Of a DNA stretch of 64,000 nucleotides, positions 28,054-39,511 are shown piece by piece. Both the position numbers and the translations under genes were made by a program. Origin of the DNA: Thermoplasmatota archaeon (GTDB lineage: Archaea > Thermoplasmatota > Poseidoniia > MGIII > CG-Epi1); assembly GCA_036148495.1 (NCBI GenBank), contig JAYYHK010000036.1, forward strand, positions 2,125-66,124. Reading direction: 5' to 3'. Below the pieces are notes generated by a model, which worked only from the letters and a program-made list of their open reading frames with translations, made no database searches and was not told where the DNA came from. Within the stretch, counting starts at the first letter, position 1. Each line of letters opens with the position of its first letter.

Positions 28054-31000
28054 TTGCCTGCCAAAGCTAACGCACTAAAAATACCTAGACACTTCACAGA
28101 AAGTGGTAAGGATCCTTTTGATAAGTTATCCTGGTCTAAGAAAGATGTTGAAATTAGAAACTTTGACGGCACTGTGGCTTTCTCTATGAAAGATGTTACA
28201 CTTCCTGACAATTACAGTCAAGTTGCATCTAACGTTCTTGCACAGAAGTATCTTAGAAAAGCAGGTATTCCTAAAAAGCTTAGAAAAGCAAAGGAAAAAG
28301 GAGTTCCATCTTGGCTTCAAAGAAGTGTTCCTGACCTTAAGGCTATGGAAGACTTACCCGAGAATGAAAAGTTCGGAGAGGAAGTTGATGGTAAGCAAAC
28401 TTTTAGAAGATTAGCAGGAACTTGGACATATTGGGGATGGAAACACGGATATTTTGCTAGCGAGGCAGATGCTAAATCCTATTTCGATGAAATGTGTTAC
28501 ATGCTTGCGTTTCAGATGGTTTCTCCTAATTCACCACAGTGGTTTAACACTGGACTAAATTGGGCATACGGTATCGAAGGTCCTGCACAAGGACATTATT
28601 TTGTAAATCCTAAAACTGGAGAATTGGAACGCTCTGTAAATGCGTACGAACACCCACAACCCCATGCATGTTTCATTCAGTCAGTTTCAGATGATCTAGT
28701 TAACGAGGGCGGAATAATGGATCTTTGGACAAGAGAGGCCCGTCTGTTTAAATTTGGTTCAGGAACAGGAAGTAATTTTTCGAAGATAAGGGGAGACGGC
28801 GAACCATTATCAGGTGGAGGAATGTCTTCAGGTCTAATGTCCTTTTTGCGCATTGGCGATAGGGCAGCAGGAGCAATAAAATCAGGTGGTACTACCAGAA
28901 GAGCTGCAAAAATGGTTAGCTTGGATATGGACCATCCAGACATTGAGGCATTTATAGACTGGAAATTAACTGAAGAAGAAAAAGTAGCTGCATTAGTGTC
29001 AGGTTCACAGCATCTTCAAAATCACGCGAACGAAATATTAGCTGCAATACAAGCACACCCAGATGAGGATTCAAAGTTTGATCAGTCTAAGAATACTCCA
29101 TTAGCAAAAGCAATCAGTGTCGCTTTACAGGCTTATGTTCCTGAGAATATAATTGCAAGAGTTCTTGAATTAGGAGAGCAAGGCTACACCCACATGGACA
29201 TTGAAACATATGATACTTCATGGGAAGGGGATGCTTATTCAACGGTTTCAGGTCAGAATAGTAATAATTCAGTAAGAGTCAGTAACGATTTCATGCAAGC
29301 TGTTCTTGATGAAGGCGATTGGAATTTATTTTGGAGGACAGAATTAGACGATGCAAAGGAAGAAGGCAGGGACCCAAATCCCTGTAAATCAATTCCAGCC
29401 AACGATCTTTGGAATAAAATATCTAAAGCAGCCTGGTCTTGTGCAGATCCTGGATTGCAGTATGACACAACCATTAATGAATGGCACACATGTTCTCCGG
29501 ATGGGCCAATTCATGGTAGTAATCCTTGCTCAGAGTATATGTTCTTAGATGATACTGCATGTAATCTTGCAAGTCTCAATTTGGTTAAATTCTATGACGA
29601 AGAGACAACGAAGTTTGACACAGAGAAATACAGCCATGCCATTAGGTTGTGGACAGTAGCCTTAGAAATATCAGTTTTGATGGCCCAATTTCCGTCCGAA
29701 GCAATAGCTCAAAGAAGTTATGATTACAGAACTTTGGGTTTAGGATATGCTAACATTGGTTCTTTGTTAATGAGAATGGGTATTCCATATGATGACAACA
29801 GAGCTTTCTCGATTTGTGGTGCTTTGACGTCTATACTTGGTGGTGTTTCCTATGCAACAAGTGCTGAGATGTCTTCAGTGCAAGGGCCATTCCCAAGGTA
29901 TGAAAACAACAAGGAGAATATGCTAAGAGTTATGAGAAACCATAGAAGAGCTGCTTACAATGTACCTTCTGATGAATACGAAGGGCTCACAGTGACTCCT
30001 AGAGGTATAGACCCTAATTATTGCCCAGAATATTTGCTTTCCGCAGCACAAAATTGTTGGGACCAAGTAGTTAAAGATGGTGAAAAGTTTGGCTTTAGAA
30101 ATGCTCAAGCTACTGTTATTGCACCAACTGGAACAATAGGAATAGTTATGGATTGTGATACCACCGGTATTGAACCAGACTTTGCTCTTGTAAAGTTTAA
30201 AACACTTGCAGGAGGCGGTATGCTTAGAATTATTAATCAGTCAGTTCCAGTTGCTCTTGATCGCTTAGGGTATGACTCAGCTCAATCTAAAGAAATTGTA
30301 GATTACGTAATTGGTACCGGAACTTTTTCAGATGCGCCAAGCATTAACAGAGAATCTCTAATAAGAAAAGGGTTGACTAACGATATCATTGATTCCCTAG
30401 AATCTCAGATTAGCAGTTTTACGTCCTTAAATTTGCTAATTACACCATCTATGGTTGGCTCGGATTTTTGTGTAGATAAGCTAAGAGTTAAAAAAGAGTT
30501 TTTGGATGACTGGAATTTTGATTTACTTGATCATTTAGGATATACCCAAGAGCAAATAACTGAAGCTAATGACTTTATTTTTGGTAGATTAACAATAGAG
30601 GGCGCACCGCATATAAAAGATAGTGATCTAGCAGTTTTTGACTGTGCAAATAAATGCGGACAATATGGTACAAGATTTATTGGCTGGAGTGCCCACATTA
30701 ACATGATGGCTGCAGCTCAGCCATTTATATCTGGAGCAATATCCAAAACAATTAACATGCCTCATGAATCCACAATTGAGGATATCAAGCAAGTTTACAT
30801 GGATTCTTGGAGGGCCATGATTAAGGCTAATGCTTTGTACAGAGACGGTTCAAAATTGAGTCAGCCTCTTATGTCAGGAACAGTTCTGAAAGTAGATATC
30901 GAGGAAGAAGAAATGATGTCAGAGACTATGATTAGTACAGAACAAGCTGTTGAAACAATGGCCAAAGCACTTCCTACGTCTGATGCAGTTCCTCTTGCAA

Positions 31001-31743
31001 GAAAAATAGTAACTCGCTACATTGCTCAAAGAAGAAAACTTCCTAATAAGAGGAAAGGATATATCCAAAAAGCAAAGATTGGAGGTCACAATGTTTACTT
31101 GCATACTGGAGAGTACGATGATGGAACTCTTGGTGAAGTTTTCATCGACATGCATAAAGAAGGTGCAGCTTTCAAGGCATTGACTAATGCATTTGCTATA
31201 GCAGTAAGTCTCGGTTTACAGCATGGTGTGCCTCTGAAAGAATTCGTAGATGCTTTCGTATTCACAAGGTTTGAACCTAATGGGCCTGTAGTAGGTAATG
31301 AAAGAATTAAAATGTCAACAAGTATTCTAGATTACATATTTAGAGATTTAGCAGTTAATTATCTTAACAGAAACGATTTATCTCATGTTAAGCCAGAAGA
31401 CCTAAAGCCAGATATTGTAAGAAGCGAAGGTGAAGCAGAAACTGAACAGAATTTAAATTCTGGATTGACTCCAGCTGGTGATGCAAGTGATGGACATGAA
31501 ATACAATTGACATTAGATGATATGGATGTTTCTTCAGCAGATACTTCATCATTCCAATCTACTGTTACAGATTTATCGACGGCAAATGCACCTCTTCTGT
31601 CAGGAGACAGTACCATAGTTAAGGAAGCCGAAAAATATGGGTTTGAAGGAGATCCGTGTCCTGAGTGTGGCCAATTTACATTGGTCTCAAACGGAAGCTG
31701 CTTGAAGTGCGTAAGTTGCGGTTCGACAACTGGTTGTTCATAA
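28054..31743 (+). CDS. nrdJ: Vitamin B12-dependent (class II) ribonucleotide reductase with C-terminal TSCPD-like and zinc-ribbon domains
   Basis: [26 protein letters not shown] (thiyl Cys), [28 protein letters not shown] and C-terminal CPECG...[11 protein letters not shown]. Confidence 0.96.
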   Translation: MPAKANALKIPRHFTESGKDPFDKLSWSKKDVEIRNFDGTVAFSMKDVTLPDNYSQVASNVLAQKYLRKAGIPKKLRKAKEKGVPSWLQRSVPDLKAMEDLPENEKFGEEVDGKQTFRRLAGTWTYWGWKHGYFASEADAKSYFDEMCYMLAFQMVSPNSPQWFNTGLNWAYGIEGPAQGHYFVNPKTGELERSVNAYEHPQPHACFIQSVSDDLVNEGGIMDLWTREARLFKFGSGTGSNFSKIRGDGEPLSGGGMSSGLMSFLRIGDRAAGAIKSGGTTRRAAKMVSLDMDHPDIEAFIDWKLTEEEKVAALVSGSQHLQNHANEILAAIQAHPDEDSKFDQSKNTPLAKAISVALQAYVPENIIARVLELGEQGYTHMDIETYDTSWEGDAYSTVSGQNSNNSVRVSNDFMQAVLDEGDWNLFWRTELDDAKEEGRDPNPCKSIPANDLWNKISKAAWSCADPGLQYDTTINEWHTCSPDGPIHGSNPCSEYMFLDDTACNLASLNLVKFYDEETTKFDTEKYSHAIRLWTVALEISVLMAQFPSEAIAQRSYDYRTLGLGYANIGSLLMRMGIPYDDNRAFSICGALTSILGGVSYATSAEMSSVQGPFPRYENNKENMLRVMRNHRRAAYNVPSDEYEGLTVTPRGIDPNYCPEYLLSAAQNCWDQVVKDGEKFGFRNAQATVIAPTGTIGIVMDCDTTGIEPDFALVKFKTLAGGGMLRIINQSVPVALDRLGYDSAQSKEIVDYVIGTGTFSDAPSINRESLIRKGLTNDIIDSLESQISSFTSLNLLITPSMVGSDFCVDKLRVKKEFLDDWNFDLLDHLGYTQEQITEANDFIFGRLTIEGAPHIKDSDLAVFDCANKCGQYGTRFIGWSAHINMMAAAQPFISGAISKTINMPHESTIEDIKQVYMDSWRAMIKANALYRDGSKLSQPLMSGTVLKVDIEEEEMMSETMISTEQAVETMAKALPTSDAVPLARKIVTRYIAQRRKLPNKRKGYIQKAKIGGHNVYLHTGEYDDGTLGEVFIDMHKEGAAFKALTNAFAIAVSLGLQHGVPLKEFVDAFVFTRFEPNGPVVGNERIKMSTSILDYIFRDLAVNYLNRNDLSHVKPEDLKPDIVRSEGEAETEQNLNSGLTPAGDASDGHEIQLTLDDMDVSSADTSSFQSTVTDLSTANAPLLSGDSTIVKEAEKYGFEGDPCPECGQFTLVSNGSCLKCVSCGSTTGCS

Positions 31744-32006
31744 ATCGAACTGAAAGCTAAATAAAGGCAAGACAATAGCTAATTAATGAGTGTAAGCAGG
31801 CTACTGTCTGAAAAGCTTTCAAGCTTCGAAAAGTACAATAACAAAGAATTGTATAATTTCGGTTCAGGTAGCTTCAGTTCTATGATAATGAGTAGATTAA
31901 TTCCTGGAACCATTGGTTTCATAGCTTTAAACGATTCTATAGACTACACTATATCTTTAACATACTTTACATTGAACTTTGAAAACATAAGGGAGATTGT
32001 AGAAAT

Positions 32007-33098
32007 ATGATGGAAACAAATTCAAAAAATAGAAATATAGGCAAGATACCCAAGGAAAATTTACGAGAACCAGATGGGGAGGAGAGAAACCTTCTTTTCA
32101 CAGATGAATATAAAGAAGCCTTAGAAAAAGCATCATATGAAATAGTAGGTAATCACTCTGCAGTCGAAATTTGTGGATGGACTAAAAAGACAATTAAAGG
32201 TTCTGAAGGAGGGTGTTACAAGCAAAAATTTTATGGCATAAGATCGCATCAGTGTACTCAGATGACACCAGCAGCAGTAGCTTGTGATCAAAAGTGTGTA
32301 TACTGTTGGCGTGTAAACGAAATGTTTTCAGGAAAACAAGATTTAATGGAGTATGCAAAAGATGATCCTGCAGATATTGTGCAAGGCTCAATTGAGGGAC
32401 ATCTAAGGAAAATTTCTGGTTTTGGTGGAAATCCAAATGTAGACCAACAAAAAGTTCTAGAATCTAAAACAGTTCGCCATTTTGCGATTTCATTAACAGG
32501 AGAACCCACTCTTTACAGTAGGCTTCCTGAAATGTTACGCGAATTAAGGGAACGTAAAATTTCTTCATTTTTGGTGACTAACGGCTTACATCCTGAAATG
32601 ATTGAAAGGCTCAGGGATGAGGATTCTCTACCCACACAACTTTACATGTCACTTGACGCGCCGGACGAGAGAACCTGGAAAAGAATTGATGTTCCTTTAG
32701 TACCTAATTTTTGGGACAAAGTCAAAAGTACTTTGAAATTAATGGACGGTTTGAAGACTCGTAAAGTCCTTCGCATGACAGTAGTTAAGGGATGGAATGA
32801 TTTTGATGTTGCAGGCTACGCCAAACTCATTAGGATGGCAGGGGAAAGAGTCATGATCGAAGTTAAATCATACATGCATATTGGTCCAGCTCGTGAGCGT
32901 CTAAGTAAAGATAATATGCTAACTTATGATGAGGTTTTAAATTTTTCTAATGCCTTGGCTTCAGAATTAGGGTGGAAAGTAATTGATGAGGCGCCCAACA
33001 GTTTAATTGCGTTGGTCGCAGAAGAGGATTGGGATGGTCGAGTAATTGATTTCGGAGACCCTCTTACAGGTCATTTAGAAAGTACATTTGAGTGTTAG
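32007..33098 (+). CDS. taw1: 4-demethylwyosine synthase TYW1/Taw1 (radical SAM)
   Basis: HSAVEICGWT, GCYKQKFYGIRSHQCTQMTP, CDQKCVYCWR, ISLTGEPT, EVKSYM. Confidence 0.95.
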   Translation: MMETNSKNRNIGKIPKENLREPDGEERNLLFTDEYKEALEKASYEIVGNHSAVEICGWTKKTIKGSEGGCYKQKFYGIRSHQCTQMTPAAVACDQKCVYCWRVNEMFSGKQDLMEYAKDDPADIVQGSIEGHLRKISGFGGNPNVDQQKVLESKTVRHFAISLTGEPTLYSRLPEMLRELRERKISSFLVTNGLHPEMIERLRDEDSLPTQLYMSLDAPDERTWKRIDVPLVPNFWDKVKSTLKLMDGLKTRKVLRMTVVKGWNDFDVAGYAKLIRMAGERVMIEVKSYMHIGPARERLSKDNMLTYDEVLNFSNALASELGWKVIDEAPNSLIALVAEEDWDGRVIDFGDPLTGHLESTFEC

Positions 33099-33135
33099 TC
33101 AAAAAAGGTAAATAGTACTAGCACAGACTCATTTT

Positions 33136-33900
33136 GTGGATTATATTGATGGAATAGGGAATGCCTTCAAGAAATACATAGGAAAAAATTCAGTAGAAAG
33201 TCTCCAGGAATCTATCAACCAAAAACCGATGATATTGATCGCAGGTGATCAATTAACGGGAAAGTCGACTCAGGCTAAAAATTTAGCAGAAGAATTTAAT
33301 GGGATATTTCATTCAGTAGGTAATTTATTTCGTGAGGTTGCAGCCAAACGAGGTATTACAGTTGCTCAACAAGCTAAGTTATTGCTAACTGAGAGAGGAA
33401 TAGACGTCGAAATAGACTACAAAACTTGCGAAATGATATCTGGAAAGGATATTGAAACTGAAATTGGAGTAATCGAGGGAAGACAACCAGCTTACATGGG
33501 AAGTTTCATGCAAAATTTAGGTAAAAAAAATATAGTCCGTATATACTTTCAATGTTCGATAAGGGATCAAGCACTTCGCTTTCTTCGTAGAGAAATAGGT
33601 GAAGATGCTTATCAAAAAGGATTAAAAAATGTTCCAAATGTAAATTACGAAAATTTGGAATCTTTAAGAGAAGAAATCATAAACTTACAACTAGATGATG
33701 GTCATGACGTAATTGAAAAGTTTGTTGAAAACCAGAATCGTGATGGAGATGATAGAGCTAGGTATTCTTCATTATATGGTTTTGACTATGGCAACTTGTC
33801 AGGGTATGATATAGTTGTCAATACATCTAATAAAGAAGCAGATCAAGTATTTTCTGAAGTAGTCAATGAGTTAGAAAAATTTGGCTTCAAAATAAATTAA
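33136..33900 (+). CDS. Cytidylate kinase-like P-loop kinase
   Basis: IAGDQLTGKST, SVGNLFREVAAKRG, IEGR, RYSSLYGFD, YDIVVNT resemble archaeal Cmk, with N-terminal and internal extensions. Confidence 0.7.
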   Translation: MDYIDGIGNAFKKYIGKNSVESLQESINQKPMILIAGDQLTGKSTQAKNLAEEFNGIFHSVGNLFREVAAKRGITVAQQAKLLLTERGIDVEIDYKTCEMISGKDIETEIGVIEGRQPAYMGSFMQNLGKKNIVRIYFQCSIRDQALRFLRREIGEDAYQKGLKNVPNVNYENLESLREEIINLQLDDGHDVIEKFVENQNRDGDDRARYSSLYGFDYGNLSGYDIVVNTSNKEADQVFSEVVNELEKFGFKIN

Positions 33901-33923
33901 TAGCACCCTACCTGTGACTAACT

Positions 33924-35384
33924 GTGGATTTATCTGTTAATGAAGTAAAACTGCTTAAAGTTCTCAAAAATGGAACTCTTTCACCGGAGGCAGCTTCGCT
34001 AGAATCAAATCTTGGCGATAAGGAGACAATGTCTGCAGCCTCATGGTTGAGGAGTAAAGGATTGGTTGAAATTTCTGAAACCTCAACAAAATATTACTCG
34101 ACAAATGAAGAGGGAAAAAGGTATGCTGAACAGGGTTTACCAGAGAGGCGCGCAGTAGAATGGCTCAATCAAGCAGGTGATTCATTACTTTCAGAGCTGC
34201 CTTTGCATGATGATGAAAGCAAAGTAGTAATCGGGTGGCTTAAGAGAAAAAACTTTGCAGAACTGGAAAAGACAGAAGAAGGTCTAAGACTTATTCCTAC
34301 AGGGAATCTAGATGAAACTTCTGATGAGCCTTTACTTTTGATGCTCAGTAAATCACCGTTATCAGAAAAAGAAATAGATCAAGAAGCTCTTAAATTGTTG
34401 AAAGGAAGACAATTACTTAATATTAAAGAAGAAGTAGAGAGGACTTTTACTTTAACAGAAGAGGGCAGTTCGTTCGATTTAGAAAGTTTGAATGATGATT
34501 TGATTGGTGATTTAACTCCAGAACTAATTCAGTCAGGTGAATGGAAAGATAAGTCATTTCAGAGATATGGTGTTGAAACTAAAGTAGAGGTGAGCGATTT
34601 TTCTACACTACATCCCTTAACTAGGTTTACTGAAGAAATTCGAAATATTTTTTTACAAATGGGTTTTACGGAAATAGAGGGAGACTATGTAGAATCAGCA
34701 TTTTGGAATATGGATGCTCTATTCATTCCTCAAGATCATCCAGCGCGTGAATTACAAGATACATTTTATTTGTCTGAACCAGCGTCTTTTGTAATTAATG
34801 AGAAGGAAATTTTAGAAGCTGTTAAACAAATTCATGAAGATGGAGGTAATACAGGTTCTAAGGGATGGGGTACTAATTGGAGTAAGGAGAATGCACAGCA
34901 AGCCCTCCTAAGGACACATACGACAGTGGGAACTATAAGATACTTAGCAGATAATCCTTCACCTCCAGCGAGAGTTTTTAGTGTTGGAAGAGTATTTCGA
35001 AGGGAAGCCCTAGATTCTACACACTTACCTGAGTTCACGCAAGTAGAGGGAATTATAGTTGAGCCTGAGGCAAACTTTGGAATGTTAATAGGAGTGCTTA
35101 AAGAATTTTACAGACGAATGGGATTTAATGATGTACGAGTTCGACCTGCTTATTTCCCATATACAGAGCCTTCTTTAGAAGTAGAAGTTAAGTTCGGTAA
35201 TAAATGGCTTGAATTAGGAGGAGCTGGGATTTTTAGGCCTGAAGTAACTGCACCATTCGAATTGGACTGCCCAGTTCTAGCTTGGGGTTTAGGTTTAGAA
35301 AGATTAGCTATGTTACATCTTGATATCAAAGATATTAGAATGCTTTATCAAAGCGATTTAAAATGGCTTAAAGAAACAATTTAG
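33924..35384 (+). CDS. pheS: Phenylalanine--tRNA ligase alpha subunit (archaeal type)
   Basis: FWNMDALFIPQDHPARELQDTFY, LRTHTT, YFPYTEPS, WLELGGAG, WGLGLERL. Confidence 0.97.
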   Translation: MDLSVNEVKLLKVLKNGTLSPEAASLESNLGDKETMSAASWLRSKGLVEISETSTKYYSTNEEGKRYAEQGLPERRAVEWLNQAGDSLLSELPLHDDESKVVIGWLKRKNFAELEKTEEGLRLIPTGNLDETSDEPLLLMLSKSPLSEKEIDQEALKLLKGRQLLNIKEEVERTFTLTEEGSSFDLESLNDDLIGDLTPELIQSGEWKDKSFQRYGVETKVEVSDFSTLHPLTRFTEEIRNIFLQMGFTEIEGDYVESAFWNMDALFIPQDHPARELQDTFYLSEPASFVINEKEILEAVKQIHEDGGNTGSKGWGTNWSKENAQQALLRTHTTVGTIRYLADNPSPPARVFSVGRVFRREALDSTHLPEFTQVEGIIVEPEANFGMLIGVLKEFYRRMGFNDVRVRPAYFPYTEPSLEVEVKFGNKWLELGGAGIFRPEVTAPFELDCPVLAWGLGLERLAMLHLDIKDIRMLYQSDLKWLKETI

Positions 35385-35569
35385 TCTATACTAATACTAA
35401 CTTTTTTGATAACTATGTTTTCTCCTCTCTGAATGAAAGTCACGTAACACTCTCCAGGAACTAGCCCCAAGTCTTCTTCCACCCATTTAGGTAAGTATAT
35501 TCTTCTATTGATATCATATTTTTTAACATCAGTTATTGGCATACTCATATTCTTACACTGAGTAACCAC
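35381..35569 (-). CDS. AbrB/MazE/SpoVT-like small DNA-binding protein
   Basis: DINRRIYLPKWVEEDLGLVPGECYVTF...IVIKK matches the looped-hinge pattern. The start may be the downstream ATG (MSMPIT). Confidence 0.7.
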   Translation of the reverse strand: MVTQCKNMSMPITDVKKYDINRRIYLPKWVEEDLGLVPGECYVTFIQRGENIVIKKVSISID

Positions 35570-35639
35570 TCTAAAAGGGTTTTGGACATTTAGGTTATTA
35601 AGGTGTTAATTTTATCATCCCCATTTACTATTAACTTGT

Positions 35640-36614
35640 ATGAGTTCAATACGTATTGCGGTTACCGGGGCTGCAGGTCAAATAGGATATAGTTTACTCC
35701 CCAGAATTGCAGCTGGCGAGATGTTTGGTTTGGATAAAAAAATTTCTTTACAACTTTTAGAAATTCCTCCTGCGTTGGAAGCGTTAAAAGGTGTAGCAAT
35801 GGAACTTGACGATTGTGCATTTCCTCTATTAGAAGAAATTATAGTAACTTCAGATTCAGCTGAGGCTTTCAAAGATGCAAACCTTTGTCTGTTGGTTGGT
35901 AGTAAGCCTCGCGGGCCAGGGATGGAGCGCTCAGACTTATTGAAAGACAACGGTAAAATTTTTGTGGGGCAAGGCAAAGCGATCGCTGAAAATGCAGCAG
36001 ATGATTGTAGAATAGTAGTGGTAGGTAATCCATGCAATACAAATTGTATGATAGCAGCCTCCCAATCTAATCGTTTTGATAACGATAGATTCACAGCAAT
36101 GACTCGTTTAGATGAAAACAGGGCAGTGTCAATGCTAGCAAAGAAAGCTAATGTAACTGTTGAAGATGTGAACGGACTTGCCATCTTTGGTAATCATAGT
36201 CCAACAATGTTCCCGGATTACTCCAATACTTATATTTCAGGCGAAACAGCAGTTGACGTAATTAGCGATGAGCAATGGTTACAAGACGAATACATACCAG
36301 CAGTTGCAAAGAGGGGTGCAGCCATCATCAAGGCAAGAGGTCTTTCTAGTGCAGCTTCAGCTGCAAATGCGTTAATTAATCATGTTCAGAGCCTTTACAC
36401 TGTGAGCGATAAAATACATTCGATAGTAGTTTGTAGTGAGGGACAGTATGGTTTTGCAAAAGGAGTGTGGGCAGGAATGCCAGTTAAGACAGTTTCTCCC
36501 GGTAAATACGAAGTAATTGAGAATTACGAGCACGATGATTTTGCCAAGGAGGCACTAACTAAGACTAATGAAGAATTAGTTTCTGAAAGAGAATTGGTTT
36601 CAGAATATCTTTAA
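35640..36614 (+). CDS. mdh: Malate dehydrogenase (MDH type 2 family)
   Basis: [59 protein letters not shown]. Confidence 0.97.
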   Translation: MSSIRIAVTGAAGQIGYSLLPRIAAGEMFGLDKKISLQLLEIPPALEALKGVAMELDDCAFPLLEEIIVTSDSAEAFKDANLCLLVGSKPRGPGMERSDLLKDNGKIFVGQGKAIAENAADDCRIVVVGNPCNTNCMIAASQSNRFDNDRFTAMTRLDENRAVSMLAKKANVTVEDVNGLAIFGNHSPTMFPDYSNTYISGETAVDVISDEQWLQDEYIPAVAKRGAAIIKARGLSSAASAANALINHVQSLYTVSDKIHSIVVCSEGQYGFAKGVWAGMPVKTVSPGKYEVIENYEHDDFAKEALTKTNEELVSERELVSEYL

Positions 36615-38185
36615 TCAGGTCCAGCTTTAGAGTAATCGCCAAAGCTTTCATACTTTACGAAGTTATTTTTGAATAGAGTAATTAATTCATTTGCTTTCAA
36701 ATCATATGCCTCTTTATCATTCCAAGTATTTTTAGGATTTAAAATAGTAGAATCAACACCAGGAACTTCGTTCGGAATTAAGATTTTAAAATTAGGATCT
36801 GGTGAAAAGCTCGCATCATCAAGCTTACCTTCTAAAATCGCAGTCAACATTTTTCTGGTGAGGGGTAAATCTATTCTTTCTCCGGTACCATAAGCTCCTC
36901 CACTCCACCCTGTATTTACTAGCCAAGCCTGAGCATTATGTTTTTTCAATTTATTACCCAGTAGCTCAGCATATGTTGTAGGAAACTGTGGCATGAAAGG
37001 CGCGCCAAAACATGTGGAAAATGTAGCTACAGGTTCGGTTATGCCTCTTTCAGTACCTGCCACTTTTGCAGTGTATCCGCTCAAAAAGTGGTACATGGCC
37101 ATTTCAGGAGTTAATTTCGATATAGGTGGTAAGACACCAAAAGCATCACAAGTAAGAAAAATGACATTTTTTGGATGTCCTCCTTTTTCAGAATGTTCTA
37201 TGTTACTGATGTGGTTAATAGGATACGACACACGAGTGTTTTCGGTTATTGTTCCGTCGTCATAATCTACCACGCCATCATCATCAGTAATTACATTCTC
37301 AAGCAATGCTCCAGGTTTAATTGCATTAAAAATATCAGGTTCTTTTTTAGGGTTTAATTTTATCGTTTTAGCATAACACCCACCTTCAAAATTAAAAATA
37401 CCTTCATCAGACCATCCGTGCTCATCGTCACCAATTAGCCTTCTGTTTGGATCGGTTGAAAGGGTTGTTTTTCCAGTTCCACTTAGTCCAAAGAATAAAG
37501 CAGAATCATCATTCTCACCTATATTGGCAGAGCAATGCATTGGCATAACGCCCTTCAGAGGCAAGTAAAAATTTAGAGCTGAGAATATCGATTTTTTAAT
37601 TTCTCCAGCATATTCAGTCCCTCCAATTATGGCCATTTTCTTCTTCAGATTTAGTACGATAAAAACTTTTGAATTTAATCCTAATTCTTCCCAATTCCCA
37701 ATATTTGTGGAGGGTGCACTCAGTACAGTAAATTCAGGATTTAAATTTTCTATTTCACTTTTCGTTGGTCTAATAAACATGTTGTGTGAGAAATGACCTT
37801 GCCACGCCATCATTGTAACTACTCTCAATGGTAGCCTGTACCTCTCATCAGCCCCAGCAAATCCATCAAATACAAAAAGATCTTTATGCTCCATTTCCTT
37901 TTTGACAGCTTTCTCTAGAACATCAAACGATTCTTCACTTAGGGGTAAATTTACGTCTCCCCAGTCAATCAAGTTTTCTGTTTCCTCCTCTTTAACAATA
38001 AATCGGTCGTTTGGAGATCTTCCGGTATATATTCCCGTGTTAATAATTACAGTTCCGTTTGAGGAAAGTCTGCCCTCATTTCGATTCAATTCTTCATTTC
38101 GCCATTCCTCTTGTGTAAGATTTGACTTAACTGATGAGGGTTTTATTCCCATCAATTTTAACTGATGAAGCATACCACTTCGCAC
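36611..38185 (-). CDS. pckA: Phosphoenolpyruvate carboxykinase (ATP)
   Basis: [52 protein letters not shown]. Confidence 0.97.
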   Translation of the reverse strand: MRSGMLHQLKLMGIKPSSVKSNLTQEEWRNEELNRNEGRLSSNGTVIINTGIYTGRSPNDRFIVKEEETENLIDWGDVNLPLSEESFDVLEKAVKKEMEHKDLFVFDGFAGADERYRLPLRVVTMMAWQGHFSHNMFIRPTKSEIENLNPEFTVLSAPSTNIGNWEELGLNSKVFIVLNLKKKMAIIGGTEYAGEIKKSIFSALNFYLPLKGVMPMHCSANIGENDDSALFFGLSGTGKTTLSTDPNRRLIGDDEHGWSDEGIFNFEGGCYAKTIKLNPKKEPDIFNAIKPGALLENVITDDDGVVDYDDGTITENTRVSYPINHISNIEHSEKGGHPKNVIFLTCDAFGVLPPISKLTPEMAMYHFLSGYTAKVAGTERGITEPVATFSTCFGAPFMPQFPTTYAELLGNKLKKHNAQAWLVNTGWSGGAYGTGERIDLPLTRKMLTAILEGKLDDASFSPDPNFKILIPNEVPGVDSTILNPKNTWNDKEAYDLKANELITLFKNNFVKYESFGDYSKAGPD

Positions 38186-38354
38186 ACGATATTGTATTTA
38201 TAATTGAGGTATGTTTTTCAACCTTCAAAATGCTTATAAAGATAGATTATAGATTATATAAAATTGCCTTTAAGTCTTTATTTGGGGCTACCTAATGGCC
38301 TTAAGTAGAAAAATGGCTTTTAACGTTAAACCTCGTGTAAGTGAGACCTTTTCT

Positions 38355-38430
38355 GGGCCGGTGGTCTAGGGGTTATGACGTCGCCCTTACAAGGCGAAGA
38401 TCGGCGGTTCGATTCCGCCCCGGCCCACCA
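38355..38430 (+). tRNA. tRNA-Val (TAC), intronless, CCA encoded
   Basis: Acceptor stem GGGCCGG/CCGGCCC, anticodon arm TCGCC-CTTACAA-GGCGA, T arm GGCGG-TTCGATT-CCGCC, 3' ACCA. Confidence 0.97.
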
Positions 38431-38449
38431 TTCTCGTCGTAAGCAAAAA

Positions 38450-39181
38450 ATGCTAGGTCAAAATTTTTTAATAGATTCTAACATTTCCAAAAGAATAGTA
38501 GATTCGGCTGAGATTTCAGAGGGTGAAAAGGTATTAGAGATTGGCCCCGGAAGAGGAGCACTTACAGGACTATTATCTTCAAAAGGAAATTTAATAGCTA
38601 TTGAGAAAGATAAATGGCTAGCTGTAGTACTAAAACAAAAATTTAAAGAAAATGTAGAGATTATTGAAGGAGATATTCTAAAATGGGATGTACCTCCTAT
38701 AGACGTTATAGTTGCTAACTTACCATATTCAATTTCGTCACCAATTCTATTCAGATTATTTAATTATGAATGGACTCGAGCAGTTTTGATGTTTCAAGAA
38801 GAGTTTGCAAATCGTTTAGTTGCAAAACCGGGCTCCAAAATCTATGGTCGCTTATCTGTGATGGCAAATCACTTCGTAGATACTAAGAAGTTGTTTAAAG
38901 TATCTAAGACTGCCTTTCAGCCTCAGCCTAAGATTCATTCACAAGTAGTAAAGTTAGTTCGCAGAGAACCAGATTATGCATTAGATGATTTTGACACCTT
39001 TGAAAAAGTAGTTAAATCAATATTTACACATAGAAGGAAGAAAGTACGGAATTGTATAAAGTTGACTTTTCCTAATCTCGTTCTTGATAACTTAAATTAT
39101 ATGGATTTAAGGGCTGAGATTCTTACTCCTTCTGAAATTGCCGAGTTATCAAATTCAATCTTTCAACTCAAATTAAAATAA
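38450..39181 (+). CDS. rsmA: 16S rRNA adenine dimethyltransferase RsmA/KsgA
   Basis: LGQNFL, VLEIGPGRGALT, VANLPYSIS, MFQEEFA, YGRLSV. Start moved to ATG 38450 because the track start lies inside the tRNA. Confidence 0.95.
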   Translation: MLGQNFLIDSNISKRIVDSAEISEGEKVLEIGPGRGALTGLLSSKGNLIAIEKDKWLAVVLKQKFKENVEIIEGDILKWDVPPIDVIVANLPYSISSPILFRLFNYEWTRAVLMFQEEFANRLVAKPGSKIYGRLSVMANHFVDTKKLFKVSKTAFQPQPKIHSQVVKLVRREPDYALDDFDTFEKVVKSIFTHRRKKVRNCIKLTFPNLVLDNLNYMDLRAEILTPSEIAELSNSIFQLKLK

Positions 39182-39511
39182 TTTCTTTAACAAAAGCATA
39201 TCAGTTAAACTAGCTTTTACCTTCAAATCACCTGTCATATATGCTTTGATTGGTGACATTTCCTTATTAATTAAAGCAACTAAAACATCAGATGTTGCAG
39301 TTACAACTAGGTCTTTATTTGTGTCTTCAGATTCAACAAAAGGGTCTAATTGCATATCTTTTAAATTCGAAATATAATTTTCACCATCTGAAACTGAAAT
39401 ACAAATACTTCTTTCCTTCCCCTCTATTACACCAGAAAATTTTGGTTCATCTTTTATTCGACGGTTAAATTCTGATACTTTCTCATCCAATATTTTTTTT
39501 ATATTATTCAT
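39173..39511 (-). CDS. SCP2 sterol/lipid-binding domain protein
   Basis: DLVVTATSDVLVALINKEMSPIKAYMTGDLKVKASLTDMLLL is an SCP2 signature. Confidence 0.8.
   Translation of the reverse strand: MNNIKKILDEKVSEFNRRIKDEPKFSGVIEGKERSICISVSDGENYISNLKDMQLDPFVESEDTNKDLVVTATSDVLVALINKEMSPIKAYMTGDLKVKASLTDMLLLKKLF

Noticed and set aside
28054..31743. Intein in the long NrdJ
   Set aside because: No intein splice motifs or LAGLIDADG blocks seen. The length is explained by the known long NrdJ form with a C-terminal domain.
31786..32010. 74-aa ORF between nrdJ and taw1
   Set aside because: No recognisable family or motif. It could be real (ATGA overlap with taw1) but is not supportable from sequence alone.
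35381..35569. Toxin-antitoxin module around the AbrB-like gene
   Set aside because: No adjacent PIN, RelE or MazF toxin. The neighbours are pheS and mdh.
38319..38330. 12-bp palindrome TTTAACGTTAAA upstream of the tRNA
   Set aside because: AT-rich, coincides with the expected TATA region, and plausible by chance.
38355..38430. tRNA as an integration site for an island
   Set aside because: No integrase and no duplicated tRNA 3' end seen. The flanks are housekeeping genes.
38375..38449. N-terminal extension of rsmA in the ORF track
   Set aside because: It overlaps a canonical tRNA-Val and is most simply an incidental open frame.
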